A stretch of 64,000 nt of DNA, taken from NCBI GenBank assembly GCA_963702475.1, contig CAVPCT010000002.1, positions 192,001 to 256,000 on the forward strand, given 5' to 3'. Numbering within the stretch: position 1 is the first letter of the stretch; the number at the start of each line of letters is the position of its first letter. This document shows positions 52,437 to 60,435 of this stretch, in pieces. The notes under the pieces are model-generated. The model did no database searches, was not told the origin of the DNA, and worked only from the letters and a program-made list of their open reading frames with translations. Position numbers and translations under genes: made by a program. Source of the stretch: an uncultured Thermoleophilia bacterium (GTDB taxonomy: Bacteria > Actinomycetota > Thermoleophilia > UBA2241).

Positions 52437-52697
52437 GACGGAACCTCCTTCAGGGTGGATGCTGGCGGCGGACGCCGCGCGGCGGCGCGGCGCCCACCTT
52501 CGCCACTGACGTCCCCAGCAGGTGCGGAACTCGAACCGGCGCGTCATGCGAGCCGCACTCCGACGACAGGTGACAGCCTAAGAACCGCAGAGTACGGTGA
52601 TGCATGACGCACTCGACAGGGGCGGCCGGCTGGGCCGTCGGGCCGGCATTCTCCCGTCTGCGTAAGTCCCTTCGTCGAGCGGGGAGCACTGTCTTAT

Positions 52698-52754
52698 GCA
52701 GAAGTCGACAGCTGCAGCAGAGGTCTCCTCTCTACTGCAGAAATGCAGTCAGCC
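52698..52754 (+). repeat. 57-bp dispersed repeat, copy 2 (candidate attI-like site)
   Basis: Matches 44888-44944; ends GTCAGCC 12 nt before the GNAT ATG. Confidence 0.8.
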
Positions 52755-52766
52755 GGAGGCCGCTCG

Positions 52767-53306
52767 ATGAGCACCGAGTGTGTCGTCCGGTTGGCCGACC
52801 CCGAGCACGTCGCCGCACTGCCCGCCATCGAGCGCGCGGCGGCCACCAGGTTCGGCGATTCGCTGCCTCAATCCGTGCTTTCGCATGTCACTTCGGTGGA
52901 CACCCTCGCGGCAGCACAACGTTCGGGTGTACTCTGGGTGGCTCTCGAATCAGCCTGCGACCCGATTGGATTCGCCGTTGCCAGCGTCTGCGGACGGCGC
53001 GTGCATCTCGACGAACTCGATGTGCTTCCTGAGCATGGTCGCAAGGGTGTGGGATCGGCGCTTGTCGAGGCAGTCGAGAACTGGGCGCTGCACAGCGACT
53101 ACATCGAAATCACCCTCACCACCTTCCGCGACGTCCCATGGAATGCGCCGTTCTATGCTCATATCGGTTTCGTGGTGATACCGGAGGGCGAACTCGATGC
53201 GGATCTCCTTCGAAGACTCTCAGATGAGTCTGCCATGGGTCTGGAACGTGTCAGACGGGTGGCGATGCGCAAGTCGCTTAGCCGTCTGACAGGCGCTTCA
53301 ACCTGA
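52767..53306 (+). CDS. GNAT acetyltransferase
   Basis: V.PEHGRKGVGSAL, TTFRDVPWNAPFY. Confidence 0.88.
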   Translation: MSTECVVRLADPEHVAALPAIERAAATRFGDSLPQSVLSHVTSVDTLAAAQRSGVLWVALESACDPIGFAVASVCGRRVHLDELDVLPEHGRKGVGSALVEAVENWALHSDYIEITLTTFRDVPWNAPFYAHIGFVVIPEGELDADLLRRLSDESAMGLERVRRVAMRKSLSRLTGAST

Positions 53307-53481
53307 CGCGACAGCTCCTCGGCTATCCTGAAAGCGCTCGGCGCGCAGGTTTGCCGCTCTTGAGGCGGAGCTGTCGATAGCCGAGATCGCGTCTATCGAA
53401 GAAGTCATGCCTCCTGACGTTGCCGCTGGGACGCGCTACTCTGAAGCCTCGATGCGGGGACTGGATCTGTGATCGTGCGCC

Positions 53482-53541
53482 GCCGAACAAAGGGTTGCAG
53501 CCGACGTTGCTCCGCAACGCGGCTGACTCCTAACGCTACCG
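53482..53541 (+). mobile_element. attC-like site 4 (classic ~60-bp form)
   Basis: GCCGAAC..cagccgAcgttgc-tcc-gcaacgcggctg..; degenerate right core GCTACCG. Confidence 0.75.
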
Positions 53542-53616
53542 GTACAGCAGGGACGTGGGGCCAGTGTCCACCACTCGGGTGTTGCGTCCGTCCGCATCGC
53601 GGGGGAGACTGAAGCC

Positions 53617-53847
53617 ATGCGCAACACCGACCTCGATATCTCCAAGCTCTCAGTCGCCGAGCGCATCCAGCTCGCGGAGGACCTCTGGGACAGCGTCGCC
53701 GCCGAGACCGGTGACCTGCCGCTCACCGAGGCGCAGGCCGCCGAGCTCGACCGCCGCCTCGCCGAGCTCGAGCGCGACCCCGAGGCCGGCGAGAGCTGGC
53801 CGGTCGTGCGCGCGCGCATCGAGCAGCGCCTCGACAGGGCCGGCTGA
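53617..53847 (+). CDS. Addiction module antitoxin component
   Basis: LSVAERIQLAEDLWDS..ELDRR..SW. Confidence 0.88.
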   Translation: MRNTDLDISKLSVAERIQLAEDLWDSVAAETGDLPLTEAQAAELDRRLAELERDPEAGESWPVVRARIEQRLDRAG

Positions 53848-53850
53848 GGC

Positions 53851-54153
53851 GTGCGCCTCGTCGTCCGCGAGGCGGCCGAGGCGGACATCGCCGAAGCCGC
53901 CCGTTGGTACGAGCAGCGCTCACCTGGCCTCGGATCGGAGTTCCTGCGCGCCGTCGACGTCACCCTCGCCGAGACCACGCGCATGCCCGAGCGTTACCCG
54001 GTCGTCCGCGGCAGAGCTCGCCGTGCTCTGCTCCGCCGTTTCCCCTAAGCGGTCTACTTTGTCGCCACCCCGGACCTCATCAGCGTCTTCGCTCGCCTGC
54101 ACGCGCGACGCGACCCGAGGCATTGGCGGGAGCGCAGCGAAGCTGACCGCTAA
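53851..54153 (+). pseudogene. RelE/ParE toxin with internal TAA (54046)
   Basis: WYEQRSPGLG.EF..RRFP*AVYF..HARRDP..W. Confidence 0.8.
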
Positions 54154-54180
54154 TCCGAACGTGCGTCGGGCGGGGTAGAG

Positions 54181-54576
54181 GTGGTCACGTCACTGCGACC
54201 CGTCGTGGAGGGCGACCAGGCGAGCATCCAGCGCTGGGCAGGCCTCGCCGCCGGCCACATGTCGCGCACGCATCGTCTCGATGACGCTGCCGATCGCCAC
54301 GCTCCCGCTGAGGGGCTCTGCTGGTACATCCTCGACGCTGACGGCCGCGACGTCGGCACCGTCTGGGTCGAACTGCCCCCCGGCTCAGGCGAAGCGGTCC
54401 TCGGCATCTTCCTCTGCGATGCCTCGCATCTCGGTCGCGGCATCGGCGCCGCCGCCGTCGAGCGCGCCATCGCCTGCTACCGCCGGGTCGGCTTCACGGT
54501 CACCGGCAGCGGCACCAGGTCGCTGCCCTCCGGCGAGACCGTCCCCTACTACAGCATGGTCCTCCCGCCGTGCTGA
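54181..54576 (+). CDS. GNAT acetyltransferase, probably internally deleted
   Basis: GRGIG directly followed by RAIACYRRVGF. Confidence 0.6.
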   Translation: MVTSLRPVVEGDQASIQRWAGLAAGHMSRTHRLDDAADRHAPAEGLCWYILDADGRDVGTVWVELPPGSGEAVLGIFLCDASHLGRGIGAAAVERAIACYRRVGFTVTGSGTRSLPSGETVPYYSMVLPPC

Positions 54577-54797
54577 CCCCCATCTCGCCGACGTTCCCCG
54601 ACCTGCCTCACAAGCGCGAGGTCGAGCACGCGCTCACGCAGGTCGAGACGTTTCCCGAGGCGGCGGAGCCGCTCCGCGACCGGGTGAGCCGGCGCCACTT
54701 GCACACGTTCCCCTGCGCGCTGCGCACCGATGAGGTCCGCGTCCTCGCGGTGGCGTATCAGAGGCGCCGGCCGTTCTACTGGGAGGATCGCCGGTGA
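54570..54797 (+). pseudogene. RelE/ParE toxin remnant
   Basis: FP..VLAVAYQRRRPFYW. Confidence 0.55.
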
Positions 54798-54801
54798 GTG
54801 C

Positions 54802-54891
54802 GGCTGACAAGCGGATCAAGCCGGCTCGCCGCAGCGCCGGCGGCCTCACGGGAGGCCGGCGCGCTCGCAGCTTATGCGCGGTGCGCTAGCC
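54802..54891 (+). mobile_element. attC-like site 5
   Basis: GGCTGAC-aagcggatCaagccg...cagcttatgcgc-GCTAGCC. Confidence 0.78.
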
Positions 54892-54896
54892 AGACG

Positions 54897-55340
54897 ATGG
54901 CGGTGCGCTTGCAGACCCGGGCGGCAACCCATGACGACACACCGTTTCTGGTGCAGCTTGCGTGCGAGGCGTACCGCGACGTGGTCACCCTCCAGTTCGG
55001 CAGCTGGAACGAGCGCGAGCAGGCCACTCGCTTCGCGGCCAAGGTCGCGCGGCTGCCGTTCGAGGTCGGTGTGCTCGCGGACCGGCCGATCGCTACGGTC
55101 TCGTCGTCGGTCCACGCCGATCGCGTCGTCCTGAACGAACTGCTCGTACTGCCGGAGTTCCAGAACCGCGGGTTCGGCAGCGAACTGCTCGGGCGCGAGA
55201 TCCAGCGCGCTCTGCAGCTGGGCCTCCCACTGCGGCTGCACACGCTCCGGCGAAACCGGGCGTTGCGCCTCTTCGAGCGTCATGGTCTCATCGTCACGGC
55301 ACAGGGAGAGGTCTTCATCGACATGGAACGTGCTGGCTGA
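54897..55340 (+). CDS. GNAT acetyltransferase
   Basis: PEFQNRGFGS, NRALRLFER. Confidence 0.85.
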   Translation: MAVRLQTRAATHDDTPFLVQLACEAYRDVVTLQFGSWNEREQATRFAAKVARLPFEVGVLADRPIATVSSSVHADRVVLNELLVLPEFQNRGFGSELLGREIQRALQLGLPLRLHTLRRNRALRLFERHGLIVTAQGEVFIDMERAG

Positions 55341-55424
55341 CATGCGGAGAGAGCTGGCTCGCCGCAGCGCCGACGCTGTCATCAGAAGTCGGCGCGCTCG
55401 CAGCTTGTCCGCGGTGCGTTTGAT
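55335..55424 (+). mobile_element. attC-like site 6
   Basis: GGCTGAC overlaps the stop codon; gagctggctcgccgcagcgccg...cggcgcgctcgcagcttgtccgc-GTTTGAT. Confidence 0.75.
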
Positions 55425-55470
55425 CTGGCGACGCTGACGAATCCCCAGACGCCTGGCCCGGAGGTAGCTG

Positions 55471-56067
55471 GTGCACCTTGTCCTTGATAACCAGCGAGAG
55501 GCAGCGGCCGAGACGCTCGCGGAGGCGTTCAGAAATGATCCGCTGCTCCAGGTTCTCGCGCCCGACCCACGACGGCGGGTGGCAGTCGGTCGTTGGTTCT
55601 TTCGGGTCAGCATCGATTACGGGATGCGATGGGGCCGCGTCTGGGGCGCTGACGACGCCGCGGCGGTCTCCATCTGGCTGCCGCCGGGCAGTCGCTGGAG
55701 CGCCCTGCGCTCGTTGCGCGTCGGGATGGCCGCCTTCCCGTTCCGGGTGGGGCCAGGACCGATGCTGGACGTCATACGAGTCGCCCCTGCTCTCGAACGA
55801 CTCCACCGTTCGGTTCGTGGGCCGCACTGGTATCTCATGGCGATCGGTACGAGACCGTCGAGGCAGGGCGAAGGTTTGGGCAGCGCGCTCGTCGCGGCTG
55901 GTACGTCGCAAGCGGACCTCGCAGGGCTGCCCTGCTACCTTGAGACGTCTACGCAGAGCGCTGTCGACTTCTATGTCAAGCGGGGGTTCGAGGTCGTTGG
56001 CCAGGAGGATCTCAACGGGCACATCCTGTTCGGAATGGTGCGCCCTACGGCATCGTTGCTCATCTGA
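55471..56067 (+). CDS. GNAT acetyltransferase (puromycin N-acetyltransferase-like fold)
   Basis: HWYL..IGTRP..QGEGLGSAL, YLET..FY..RGF. Confidence 0.85.
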   Translation: MHLVLDNQREAAAETLAEAFRNDPLLQVLAPDPRRRVAVGRWFFRVSIDYGMRWGRVWGADDAAAVSIWLPPGSRWSALRSLRVGMAAFPFRVGPGPMLDVIRVAPALERLHRSVRGPHWYLMAIGTRPSRQGEGLGSALVAAGTSQADLAGLPCYLETSTQSAVDFYVKRGFEVVGQEDLNGHILFGMVRPTASLLI

Positions 56068-56145
56068 CCGGCGCCTCAAGCTGACGTCCAGAAGGTCGTA
56101 GCGACGTGAAGGCGCACGGGGCAGCTCATCGGTCACGTGTTGGTC
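56062..56145 (+). mobile_element. attC-like site 7 (degenerate)
   Basis: ATCTGAC overlaps the stop; Caagctg...cagctc; ends GTTGGTC. Confidence 0.6.
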
Positions 56146-56214
56146 ACAGCCTTCTCCACTGGTTGCGAGGGTACGTTAGTGGTACCGTTGTCAGTAGCAC
56201 AGGAGGTAGCGTCA

Positions 56215-56490
56215 ATGGTATCAGTACCTGACATCGTCCCCATCACCGACCTCCGCCAGGACGCCTCGGGCGTGATCAAGCGCGCGTCCGACACGCAGCA
56301 GCCGGTGTTCATCACGCAGCGCGGCCGCGCCACCGCCGTCGTCGTCAGCGCCAGGGCCTACGAGCGCACGCAGCACGAGCTCGAGGTCCTGCGCCTGCTC
56401 GCACGCGGCGAAGCCGAGATCGAGGCCGGCTCAGGCCACACGCTCGCCGACGTGCTGGCCGAGGCCGACGGGCTGCTCGGCAGGCCGTGA
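56215..56490 (+). CDS. Phd/YefM antitoxin
   Basis: AGGAGG RBS; PITDLRQ..PVFITQRGRATAVVVS. Confidence 0.9.
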   Translation: MVSVPDIVPITDLRQDASGVIKRASDTQQPVFITQRGRATAVVVSARAYERTQHELEVLRLLARGEAEIEAGSGHTLADVLAEADGLLGRP

Positions 56491-56846
56491 GCCGCAGGGT
56501 CCTCTTCACCCCCGCCGCCCGTGAGCAGTTCCTTGCGGCGCTCGCCTACACCGCTGCCGCAGACCCGGCGGCAGCGCGGAGTCTGCGCGATCGCGCCGCG
56601 GCCTCGCTCTCCCGCCTCGCCGACTACCCGGGGTCGGGGCGCGCGCTGCCCGAGTTCCCCGACCTGTCGTTCCGTGCGGTCATCGTGCCACCGTACCGCT
56701 TCTTCTACCGCGTCATGGACGACGCGGTCTGGGTGGTCGCGGCGTGGCACTCGGCCAGCTCCCTGGCGAGCCGACGGACGTTGGGCGTGACTGACAAGCG
56801 GAGAAGCTGGCTCGCAGGCAGCTCTACGGTACACTTCGTAGCGTGA
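56487..56846 (+). CDS. RelE/ParE toxin
   Basis: L..YPGSGR.LPEFPD..PYRFFYRV..VAAWH. Confidence 0.85.
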   Translation: MSRRVLFTPAAREQFLAALAYTAAADPAAARSLRDRAAASLSRLADYPGSGRALPEFPDLSFRAVIVPPYRFFYRVMDDAVWVVAAWHSASSLASRRTLGVTDKRRSWLAGSSTVHFVA

Positions 56847-56877
56847 GCGCTGGCAGCTTGTCCGCGAGGCGTTAGGC
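56789..56877 (+). mobile_element. attC-like site 8
   Basis: GACTGAC-aagcggagaagctg...cagcttgtccgc-GTTAGGC. Confidence 0.78.
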
Positions 56878-56908
56878 GAACGAGCAGCGCTCAACAGGGG
56901 GCGAGTGC

Positions 56909-57379
56909 ATGCTGCCGCAAGCGGGACAGGGTCCATGGTGGGCGGCGTTGACGGTGTGGGGTGTCGTCAACTCCGTCAACGTGCTTCAGGCCCTCGGGTT
57001 CCTCTCCAGGGTTCGTTCCGGGGCCATGACGCTCAATCACCGTCTGGGCTACGTGATGATCGCACTCGCCGCGCCGACTCTGATCGCGCTGGTCGGTTAC
57101 GTGAAGTCCCGGGCGGGAGTCCTGACCTATCTCGGTCCGCTCGCGTACCTCGGTTTCGTGGCGTTGATGCTGGCGGTCGACTACATCGCTCCGGTGGAGT
57201 TCCGCTCACCGCCTCGCTACGTCATCCTTGTGCCCTATCTCGCGCTCTTCTTCGGCGCGATCCTCTTGATGGGCCTCCCGATGTACGAGCTGAACCGCTC
57301 GTACTGGCTGGTGACCGTCGTGACCAGCGCGTTGCTCCTTGCCTCCATGGTCGCGGCCATGCGTAAGGGAGTGGGCTGA
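56909..57379 (+). CDS. Hypothetical membrane protein (cassette)
   Basis: About 5 TM helices; bounded by attC-like sites. Confidence 0.7.
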   Translation: MLPQAGQGPWWAALTVWGVVNSVNVLQALGFLSRVRSGAMTLNHRLGYVMIALAAPTLIALVGYVKSRAGVLTYLGPLAYLGFVALMLAVDYIAPVEFRSPPRYVILVPYLALFFGAILLMGLPMYELNRSYWLVTVVTSALLLASMVAAMRKGVG

Positions 57380-57401
57380 CGAGACGCGCGGGTGGATCGT
57401 C

Positions 57402-57491
57402 GCCTGACAAGCGCATCGAGTTGGCTCGCAGTAAGCTCACCGCTGGACTGCATCGCGTGAGCGCTCGCAGCGTGTCCGCGGCGCGTTCGAC
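57402..57491 (+). mobile_element. attC-like site 9
   Basis: GCCTGAC-aagcgcatCgagttggctcgc...gcgctcgcagcgtgtccgc-GTTCGAC. Confidence 0.72.
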
Positions 57492-57542
57492 GCACGCCGT
57501 TTCTTTGCGGGCGGAGATGCAGCGAGAGGCGGGGAGGCCTGG

Positions 57543-57881
57543 ATGGCATCGGAATTGAGCTTCGTCGAGTTCGTCTGCGACCAGCTTCGTGACGCCGGCG
57601 AGCCGTCGTTTCGCAAGATGTTCGGCGAGTATGTGATCCACCTTGACGGCAAAGTCGTCGCGCTCGTGTGCGACGACCGCCTCTTCGTCAAGCAGACCGC
57701 CGGCGGGCGAGCCTTCCTCGGCGATCCGGTCGAAGCCCCTCCGTATCCCGGGGCCAAGCCGTACTTCCTGATCGGTGACGGACTCGATGATCATGCGTGG
57801 TTGAGCGCGCTGGTTCGCGTGACCACAGAGGAGCTTCCGCCGCCCAAGCCCAAGCGCGCGAGGCGTCCGCGCTCGGAGTAG
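57543..57881 (+). CDS. TfoX/Sxy N-terminal domain protein
   Basis: RKMFGEY, LVCDDRLFVK, PPYPGAK. Confidence 0.9.
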   Translation: MASELSFVEFVCDQLRDAGEPSFRKMFGEYVIHLDGKVVALVCDDRLFVKQTAGGRAFLGDPVEAPPYPGAKPYFLIGDGLDDHAWLSALVRVTTEELPPPKPKRARRPRSE

Positions 57882-58195
57882 CCGGCCTCGGACTGTCGCC
57901 ACGTCACGGGCAATCGCATCGAGCATCCGTCGCCCGACATGCCGGCGTCGAACAAGGGCGTCAACCTGACAACCACGCCGTAGACTGCGGAAGAGAAGTG
58001 CGTCGAACCCCGCCGCCCCGGGCGGCGCGCGCCCAACCAGGTGGTCGCACTTCCCTGCCCGATGCTCTGATGCGGCAGCGCTCCGCGCATCGGCGCGGAT
58101 CCCCGCGAACCTCCGTCTGCACGCGAGCGTCCCACGGGCAAGGGCACAGCCGGCGCAGCCGTTTCCGGCGTGCTCACTCCAGAAGGGGGACCGTG

Positions 58196-58936
58196 ATGGC
58201 ACTCAGGAACAGGTACGCTACCGCCGGACTCGTCGCGGCTCTCGCCCTGGCGCTCGGCGCGCTTGCGGGATGCGGCACTACCGCCACCACTGCCACGTCC
58301 ACCCAGGCAGGCGCCGCCGCCGGCACCGTGACCGCCTCCGGCATGGGCACCGCGCAGGCCGCGCCGGACACGGCCGAGATGTCCTTCGGCGTGACCACGA
58401 TGGCGTCCGACGCAAAGTCGGCACTCGACGACGCCTCCGCGGTCGCCGAGCAGATCGCCTCCGCGGTCAAGAAGCAGGGCGTCGCCGCCGAGGACATCCA
58501 GACGCGCGACGTCAGCGTCTACCCGCAGACGCTAGACCAGGACGGCAAGCAGGTCATCAGCGGCTACCAGGCCTCGCTCAGCGTGCAGGTCAAGGTGCGC
58601 GACATCGCCAAGCTCGGCGAGGTCATCTCGGCGGCGAACGCCGCCGGCGCCAACAGCATCAGTGGACCCGCGTTCACCATCGCCGATCCGGCGCCCGTCC
58701 GCGCGAAGGCGATCGACGAGGCCGTGGCCGACGCCCGCAAGAGCGCCGAGGCGATGGCGAAGGCGGCCGGCAAGAGCGTCGGAGAGGTGCTGAGCATGAG
58801 CTCAGGCGACGTGGGCCTGGTCTCCGTCCCGATGTACGGAGGGGGCGGCGACATGGCCGAGGCGGCCAAAGTGCCCATCGAGCCGGGCCAGCTCGACGTC
58901 ACGGCGAACGTGGTCGTGGTCTTCGAGCTCAAGTAG
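58196..58936 (+). CDS. SIMPL (DUF541) domain lipoprotein
   Basis: Lipobox LAGC; APD.A, GAN.ISGP.F, PIEPGQ. Confidence 0.88.
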   Translation: MALRNRYATAGLVAALALALGALAGCGTTATTATSTQAGAAAGTVTASGMGTAQAAPDTAEMSFGVTTMASDAKSALDDASAVAEQIASAVKKQGVAAEDIQTRDVSVYPQTLDQDGKQVISGYQASLSVQVKVRDIAKLGEVISAANAAGANSISGPAFTIADPAPVRAKAIDEAVADARKSAEAMAKAAGKSVGEVLSMSSGDVGLVSVPMYGGGGDMAEAAKVPIEPGQLDVTANVVVVFELK

Positions 58937-59204
58937 CCTTGCAGGGCTGAAGCGGGGCAAGCGCTCCGGTTCCTCACGACCCGTCGACACGAGGGCGGCC
59001 ACGGTGCCGCCCTCCTTGGCTGTTGGGCCACGGGCAACGGCGAGCGACTGTGCCTGCTCGCCGCCGTGGGACGGGCCGGCGGTGTCTCCTCACCTGCCCG
59101 ACGCTAAGCGAACGCAGGAGCAGGGAACGAGTCTGTCGACATCATCTGGATGCGCGACCCTCGGACTTCTCACCTGCGGCGCGCCTGACCTGAAGGCGGC
59201 CCTC

Positions 59205-59574
59205 GTGGAGCTCGGTGCGTTCCCGGTGAGTCTCAACGTGCGGGACATCGCAGCGTCCGCGCGTTCTACGAGAGGCTCGGTTTCACTCCCGTCATGGGTG
59301 ATGCGGATCAGGGGTGGCTCATCATGCGCAACGCCCGGACCACCCTCGGGTTGTTCCGGGCGATGCTCGAGAGCACCACCCTCACCTGTGACCCCGGCTG
59401 GGACGCAGAGGCGAACGAACTCAGCTCGTTCGCCGACGTCCGCGAGATCCAGCGCGACCTGAAGGCTGCCGGAGTCCAACTCGACAGCGAGGTGGATGAG
59501 TCGGGGCAGGGCCGGGAAGCCTCGTGCTCCACGACCCCGACAGCACCCCGATCCTTGTCGACCAGCACGTGTAG
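59205..59574 (+). pseudogene. VOC/glyoxalase family protein, frameshifted
   Basis: ELGAF.VSLNVRDI / FYERLGF / LGLF..PGW..DVREIQ / ILVDQHV across different frames. Confidence 0.7.
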
Positions 59575-59775
59575 CGCGCGGGTCGGGTGGACTTCGCGGT
59601 CGTGCCGCGCGTCGCCCAACAGGCGCGTCGACCTGATGCCGGCGCTGAGGAGGCGCTGGCCGAGCAGCTGGTGCGCACCAGGCCATGGAGGGAGTCGCAG
59701 CAGAGGGGTGGCCGGTCCGTCCGACAAGCGGATGCGTAGCGTCCATGCACCTCTGCGATGTCGAGAGGAGCGCTG

Positions 59776-60174
59776 ATGGCTCATACCTGCCGAACCGGTG
59801 GATGCCTCTGCGGGGCGGTCCGGCTTGAGATCTCGGGCGAGCCGTATCGAGTGGGCATTTGCCACTGTCTGGATTGCCGCAAGTATCACGGCGCGGTCTT
59901 CAGCACCTTCGCCGTCTTTCCAGCCGATGCAGTCGCGGTCACAGGCGAAACGAGGAGCTATCGCGACCGGCATTTCTGTCCTGTCTGCGGAGCCTCGGTG
60001 TTCAGCTACTCCGCGGACGAGATCGAGGTCCCTCTGGGCGTCTTCGACGTGCCAGATCAGATGAGGCCGACCTACGAGATCTGGACCAGGCGTCGCGAGG
60101 GCTGGCTGCCTCCCTTCGCTGTCGCCCGCCGCTTCGACGGCGATCGGGAGGGCACCGGAAGGGCGGAGCCCTGA
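59776..60174 (+). CDS. GFA (Mss4-like) family protein
   Basis: GGCLCG, CHCLDCRK, RHFCPVCG. Confidence 0.9.
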   Translation: MAHTCRTGGCLCGAVRLEISGEPYRVGICHCLDCRKYHGAVFSTFAVFPADAVAVTGETRSYRDRHFCPVCGASVFSYSADEIEVPLGVFDVPDQMRPTYEIWTRRREGWLPPFAVARRFDGDREGTGRAEP

Positions 60175-60435
60175 CAAGACCACTGCGTCGATGGAGAGGG
60201 TGGAACGGGGCTTCGTCTGGGCGACGTTGCAGGGGAGAGGCTCGGTGGCCACGGCCGCATGGAGTCGGTCGTCGACGCCCGCGCCAGCCCCATGGCTCCG
60301 ATCACCGCCACGAACAAGACGTCTTCGGGAGCCGTCAGGGAGCGATCTCATCCGCCGTCCGCGACGGCGGCTGCCTTCGCCGCGACGAGGCGCTGGGTGG
60401 TTCCAGTTCGGTGCTCGCGCGGCGTGAGCGGTCGA

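Noticed and set aside
44888-60180. CRISPR array interpretation of the recurring repeats
   Set aside because: Repeats are 60-90 bp, divergent and separated by whole genes; no cas genes
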